NCBI GenBank assembly: GCA_965368165.1
Contig: CBDULT010000004.1
Span: 90,349 to 154,348, forward strand
Source: an uncultured Thalassospiraceae bacterium
GTDB lineage: Bacteria; Pseudomonadota; Alphaproteobacteria; Rhodospirillales; JAPHRK01
Reading direction: 5' to 3'
Length of the DNA stretch: 64,000 nt
This document shows, one piece after another, positions 61,037 to 64,000 of this stretch; the first letter of the stretch is position 1; every line of letters begins with the position of its first letter. A program made the translations under genes and the position numbers. Below the pieces are notes generated by a model, which made no database searches, was not told where the DNA came from, and saw only the letters and a list, made by a program, of their open reading frames with translations.

Positions 61037-61144
61037 AAGTTTACTCTATTAACCTTGATTCAAAAGAATTTTGCCGTTTTTTAAACAGTTAGCTACTATT
61101 TGTAACATCTAAAAGTGTCTTTATGGGAAAGTTTGTTGAATTAA

Positions 61145-61939
61145 ATGCTGCGTATTTTTCAGAAATATTTTTTTACTCTGGGTTTGATCATCGGAGGGGT
61201 TCCGCTTGCTAACCTCGCTCATGGAGCTGACGCTGAGGGTTTGTTTAGTAAGATTGAACTGCTGCCCGTTACCGGTCTTTACGTTGTCACCCAGGACAAT
61301 CTCAACGTTCGTGACCAACCCGCAACCAATGGAAAAAAATTAACCAAACTTTCAAAAGGCGAAAGAGTCCAGGTCATTGGAAAGGCCAAAGGTGGTGAAT
61401 GGTTTGCAATTCAAAAGGAAGGTGAAGACCTGGGTTTTGTCTATGCGCCTGTCCTTTTGCGAATTATTGATGGAAAACTTGAGAAGGAAATAACGGGCGA
61501 AGTTAAGAGGGGAAATAACCTGGCATGCACCTATTCAATCCGTTTTGATAGTAAAACTGAGATTGAAGGTGAAACCATGTCTGTCGCAGATTATTGGGCA
61601 CTTTTCAACTGCACCCACAATAAGAAAAAACTAGATTTTGCCGCCCTAATGTTTCTGACAGAAATGCCGTACCTATCAAAGAAAAAAGATATTTACCAAA
61701 TCGGAATTGAAATTGCCGAGACGGGGGTTGACTACGATAAAGCTCTTTCGGCCACAATAATGTACCACCTGAAAAAGAAATCTGTTCTTTTTGACAGTGT
61801 GTCTCCGGCTGAATTCAAATCCAAAACACCTATAAAGGTGATTGGGGTAAATGATATTCCGGCGGCTCTTAAAGCAGCTATAAAAATTGCCTTTAGTGGC
61901 TGGAATGATAAGTTTTGGGACGAAGTGAAAAAGAAATAA
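61145..61939 (+). CDS. Secreted SH3b-domain protein with an uncharacterised C-terminal domain
   Basis: Signal peptide. SH3b-like segment LNVRDQPATNGKKLTKLSKGERVQVIGKAKGGEWFAIQKEGEDLGFVYAPVL. The remainder is unknown. Confidence 0.6.
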   Translation: MLRIFQKYFFTLGLIIGGVPLANLAHGADAEGLFSKIELLPVTGLYVVTQDNLNVRDQPATNGKKLTKLSKGERVQVIGKAKGGEWFAIQKEGEDLGFVYAPVLLRIIDGKLEKEITGEVKRGNNLACTYSIRFDSKTEIEGETMSVADYWALFNCTHNKKKLDFAALMFLTEMPYLSKKKDIYQIGIEIAETGVDYDKALSATIMYHLKKKSVLFDSVSPAEFKSKTPIKVIGVNDIPAALKAAIKIAFSGWNDKFWDEVKKK

Positions 61940-61969
61940 CCTCTCTAATTTTAAGTCAAAGGCTATAAC

Positions 61970-62312
61970 GTGACCATTGATGTAAGGGCGGCAGGATGCG
62001 CAACAGTTACCCATCTTAACAATGCAGGCGCAGCTCTGGTGACCCAGCCTGTCATTGATACAGTTAAGGGCATGTTGACCTGGAAGGCGTATCGGAGACT
62101 ATGAAACCCATATTCAGAGGGCAGAGGGCCAAGAGGCTGTATATCGTTCTATTGCGCGATTGCTGAATGCCACGGTTGCTGTGCGTAATCATACCTTATT
62201 GGATATGAATGCCCGAGGACTTGGTGAAATGGTCCGGGCTTCTGTTCATTATTACAACACTGCCGAAGAGATTTTCCGTCTTGTTGAAGCTGTTCGCCGC
62301 TTATCCACCTAG
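61970..62312 (+). pseudogene. Remnant of a class V aminotransferase / cysteine-desulfurase-like gene (frameshift plus large internal deletion)
   Basis: The frame from GTG 61970 gives ..THLNNAGAALVTQPVIDTVKGML.. and stops at 62102. A second frame continues IGDYETHIQRAEGQEAVYRSIARLLNA and then jumps directly to a C-terminal-type sequence, ..GEMVRASVHYYNTAEEIFRLVEAVRRLST*. The ~250-aa PLP core is absent. Confidence 0.7.
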
Positions 62313-62420
62313 CTCTTGCGAAGCAGGGGGGGGGGTGCTATTTTCCGCCCGGTTTTTTGGCTGTTTTTGATCCCCGTCATGAATAGCTTTTCCTTAAAGG
62401 ATATTTGGAGTTTATAGGCC

Positions 62421-62708
62421 ATGTTGCTTGATAAGGCAGATGTGCGTAAAATCGCTTACTTGGCACGTATAAAAGTGCCAGACGAAGACCTGGATCATCT
62501 CGCAGGCGAACTTTCCCAGATTATTGGCTGGGTTGAACAGCTCGGCGAAGTCGATACTGACGGTGTCGCGCCCATGGCGAGCGTATCCGATGTTGTCCTC
62601 CCGATGCGCGAAGATGCGGTAACAGGCGGTAATCGGCCTGATGATGTAACGGCAAATGCTCCAGAATCTAAAAACAACTTCTTCCTGGTCCCGAAGGTGG
62701 TAGAATGA
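62421..62708 (+). CDS. gatC: Asp-tRNA(Asn)/Glu-tRNA(Gln) amidotransferase subunit C
   Basis: 95 aa. V.KIA.LARI....E.L......L..I..WVEQL.EVDT.GV.PM pattern. ATGA overlap with gatA. Confidence 0.93.
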   Translation: MLLDKADVRKIAYLARIKVPDEDLDHLAGELSQIIGWVEQLGEVDTDGVAPMASVSDVVLPMREDAVTGGNRPDDVTANAPESKNNFFLVPKVVE

Positions 62709-64000
62709 GCGATAAACTAAACCAATTCACTATCTCTGACGCCCGTGACGGACTGATAAAAGGCGACTTTACCTCGGTTGAACTCACCCAGGCATGTCTT
62801 GCGGCAATGGAAAAAGCCAAGGGATTAAACGCTTTTATTACGGAAACGCCAGAGCTTGCTCTGCAGCGTGCCAAAGCTTCGGATGATCGTCGAGCTAAAG
62901 AAGGAGCTGCCAGCGGTATGGAGGGGATTCCCATAGCGGTGAAAGACCTGTTCTGTACGGAAGGCGTTTTAACCACGGCGGGTTCTCATATCCTTGATGG
63001 CTATACGCCTGTTTATGAATCTACTGTCAGTAACAACCTGCGCCAAGGTGGCGCGGTGATGCTCGGCAAAGCTAACCTAGATGAGTTTGCCATGGGGTCG
63101 GCTAATATCACCAGTTACTACGGCAATGTAATTAACCCCTGGAAAGCTGCGGATGGCAAAGACCTCGTTCCTGGGGGGTCGTCAGGTGGTTCGGCTGCTT
63201 CTGTCGCCGCTCATGCCTGTATTGCTGCCACCGGAACCGACACAGGAGGCTCTATCCGACAACCTGCTTCTTTCTGCGGTATTGTCGGGATGAAACCCAC
63301 CTATGGGCGCTGTTCTCGCTGGGGCATTGTGGCTTTTGCTTCATCGCTTGACCAGGCCGGCCCTATGACTAAAAGTGTCAGAGATTCGGCGATTATGCTT
63401 AACTCTATGGCGGGTCACGATCCAAAAGATTCCACCTCGTCACCCAAAGCAACGCCCAACTTTGAAGCAGCTTTGACCGGAGATGTTAAGGGGCTGCGGG
63501 TTGGTATTCCGGCTGAATACAAAATGGATGGCACCCCGGAAGAAATTATCAAACTGTGGGACCAAGGGACAGAATGGCTTAAAGATGCGGGGGCTGAGAT
63601 CGTTGATATCTCATTGCCTCATACCAAGTACGCCCTGGCAACCTACTACATCGTTGCCCCGGCGGAAGCCTCGGCCAACTTGGCCCGATATGACGGCGTT
63701 AGGTATGGCTTGCGGGTTGAGGGTGACTCACTTGACGATATGTATATGAACACCCGTGGCGAAGGCTTTGGCAAAGAGGTTCAGCGTCGCGTTCTCATGG
63801 GGGCTTATGTGCTCTCAGCGGGGTACTACGATGCCTATTACAAAAAGGCCCAACAGGTTCGTACTTTGATTTCCCAAGATTTCAAGAATGCCTATGACAA
63901 ATGTGATGTCATTTTAACGCCAACAGCTCCATCTGCGGCTTTCCCCATTGGGGAGAAAATGGATGATCCGATCGCCATGTATCTCAATGATGTCTTTACG
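62705..64000 (+). CDS. gatA: Asp-tRNA(Asn)/Glu-tRNA(Gln) amidotransferase subunit A; 3' end lies outside the window
   Basis: The frame is open from ATG 62705 to the window end (432 codons). Amidase signature [13 protein letters not shown]...[16 protein letters not shown]. Confidence 0.95.
   Translation, partial: MSDKLNQFTISDARDGLIKGDFTSVELTQACLAAMEKAKGLNAFITETPELALQRAKASDDRRAKEGAASGMEGIPIAVKDLFCTEGVLTTAGSHILDGYTPVYESTVSNNLRQGGAVMLGKANLDEFAMGSANITSYYGNVINPWKAADGKDLVPGGSSGGSAASVAAHACIAATGTDTGGSIRQPASFCGIVGMKPTYGRCSRWGIVAFASSLDQAGPMTKSVRDSAIMLNSMAGHDPKDSTSSPKATPNFEAALTGDVKGLRVGIPAEYKMDGTPEEIIKLWDQGTEWLKDAGAEIVDISLPHTKYALATYYIVAPAEASANLARYDGVRYGLRVEGDSLDDMYMNTRGEGFGKEVQRRVLMGAYVLSAGYYDAYYKKAQQVRTLISQDFKNAYDKCDVILTPTAPSAAFPIGEKMDDPIAMYLNDVFT

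Overview
The window reads as a gene-dense core chromosomal segment of an alphaproteobacterium, probably Rhodospirillales-like. Evidence for this placement is a PopZ homologue, a yfgM-bamB-der cluster, a dnaB-alr-radA-cvpA-purF array, a glnBA operon and a gatCA pair. I support about 60 protein genes, two tRNAs (Asn-GUU and Cys-GCA), one decayed pseudogene, several intrinsic terminators and a few regulatory sites. I saw no transposase, integrase, CRISPR array, rRNA or recognisable defence, toxin or prophage module.

Most of the window is housekeeping: pepN, valS, ilvD, xthA, glnBA, purC, serCA, der, purF, radA, alr, dnaB and gatCA. The least ordinary parts are:
1. A five-gene AorABC-type tungsten/molybdopterin aldehyde:ferredoxin oxidoreductase operon at 33.8-38.1 kb. 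It has a long untranslated leader and an uncharacterised fifth gene.
2. An orphan ModA-like binding-protein gene behind a 44-bp Mo-box-like palindrome.
3. A PopZ gene carrying a roughly 270-bp (Pro-Glu)n coding microsatellite with an internal duplication.
4. A two-gene block between xthA and glnA: a secreted HExxH protein plus a helical/GT-A-like protein.
5. An MlaEF pair with no MCE partner, sitting inside the dnaB...purF array.

I cannot demonstrate a clearly novel multi-gene system from sequence alone, so the interest scores are moderate. All calls rest on motif reading of the supplied ORF translations and manual inspection of the DNA. No database searches were run.
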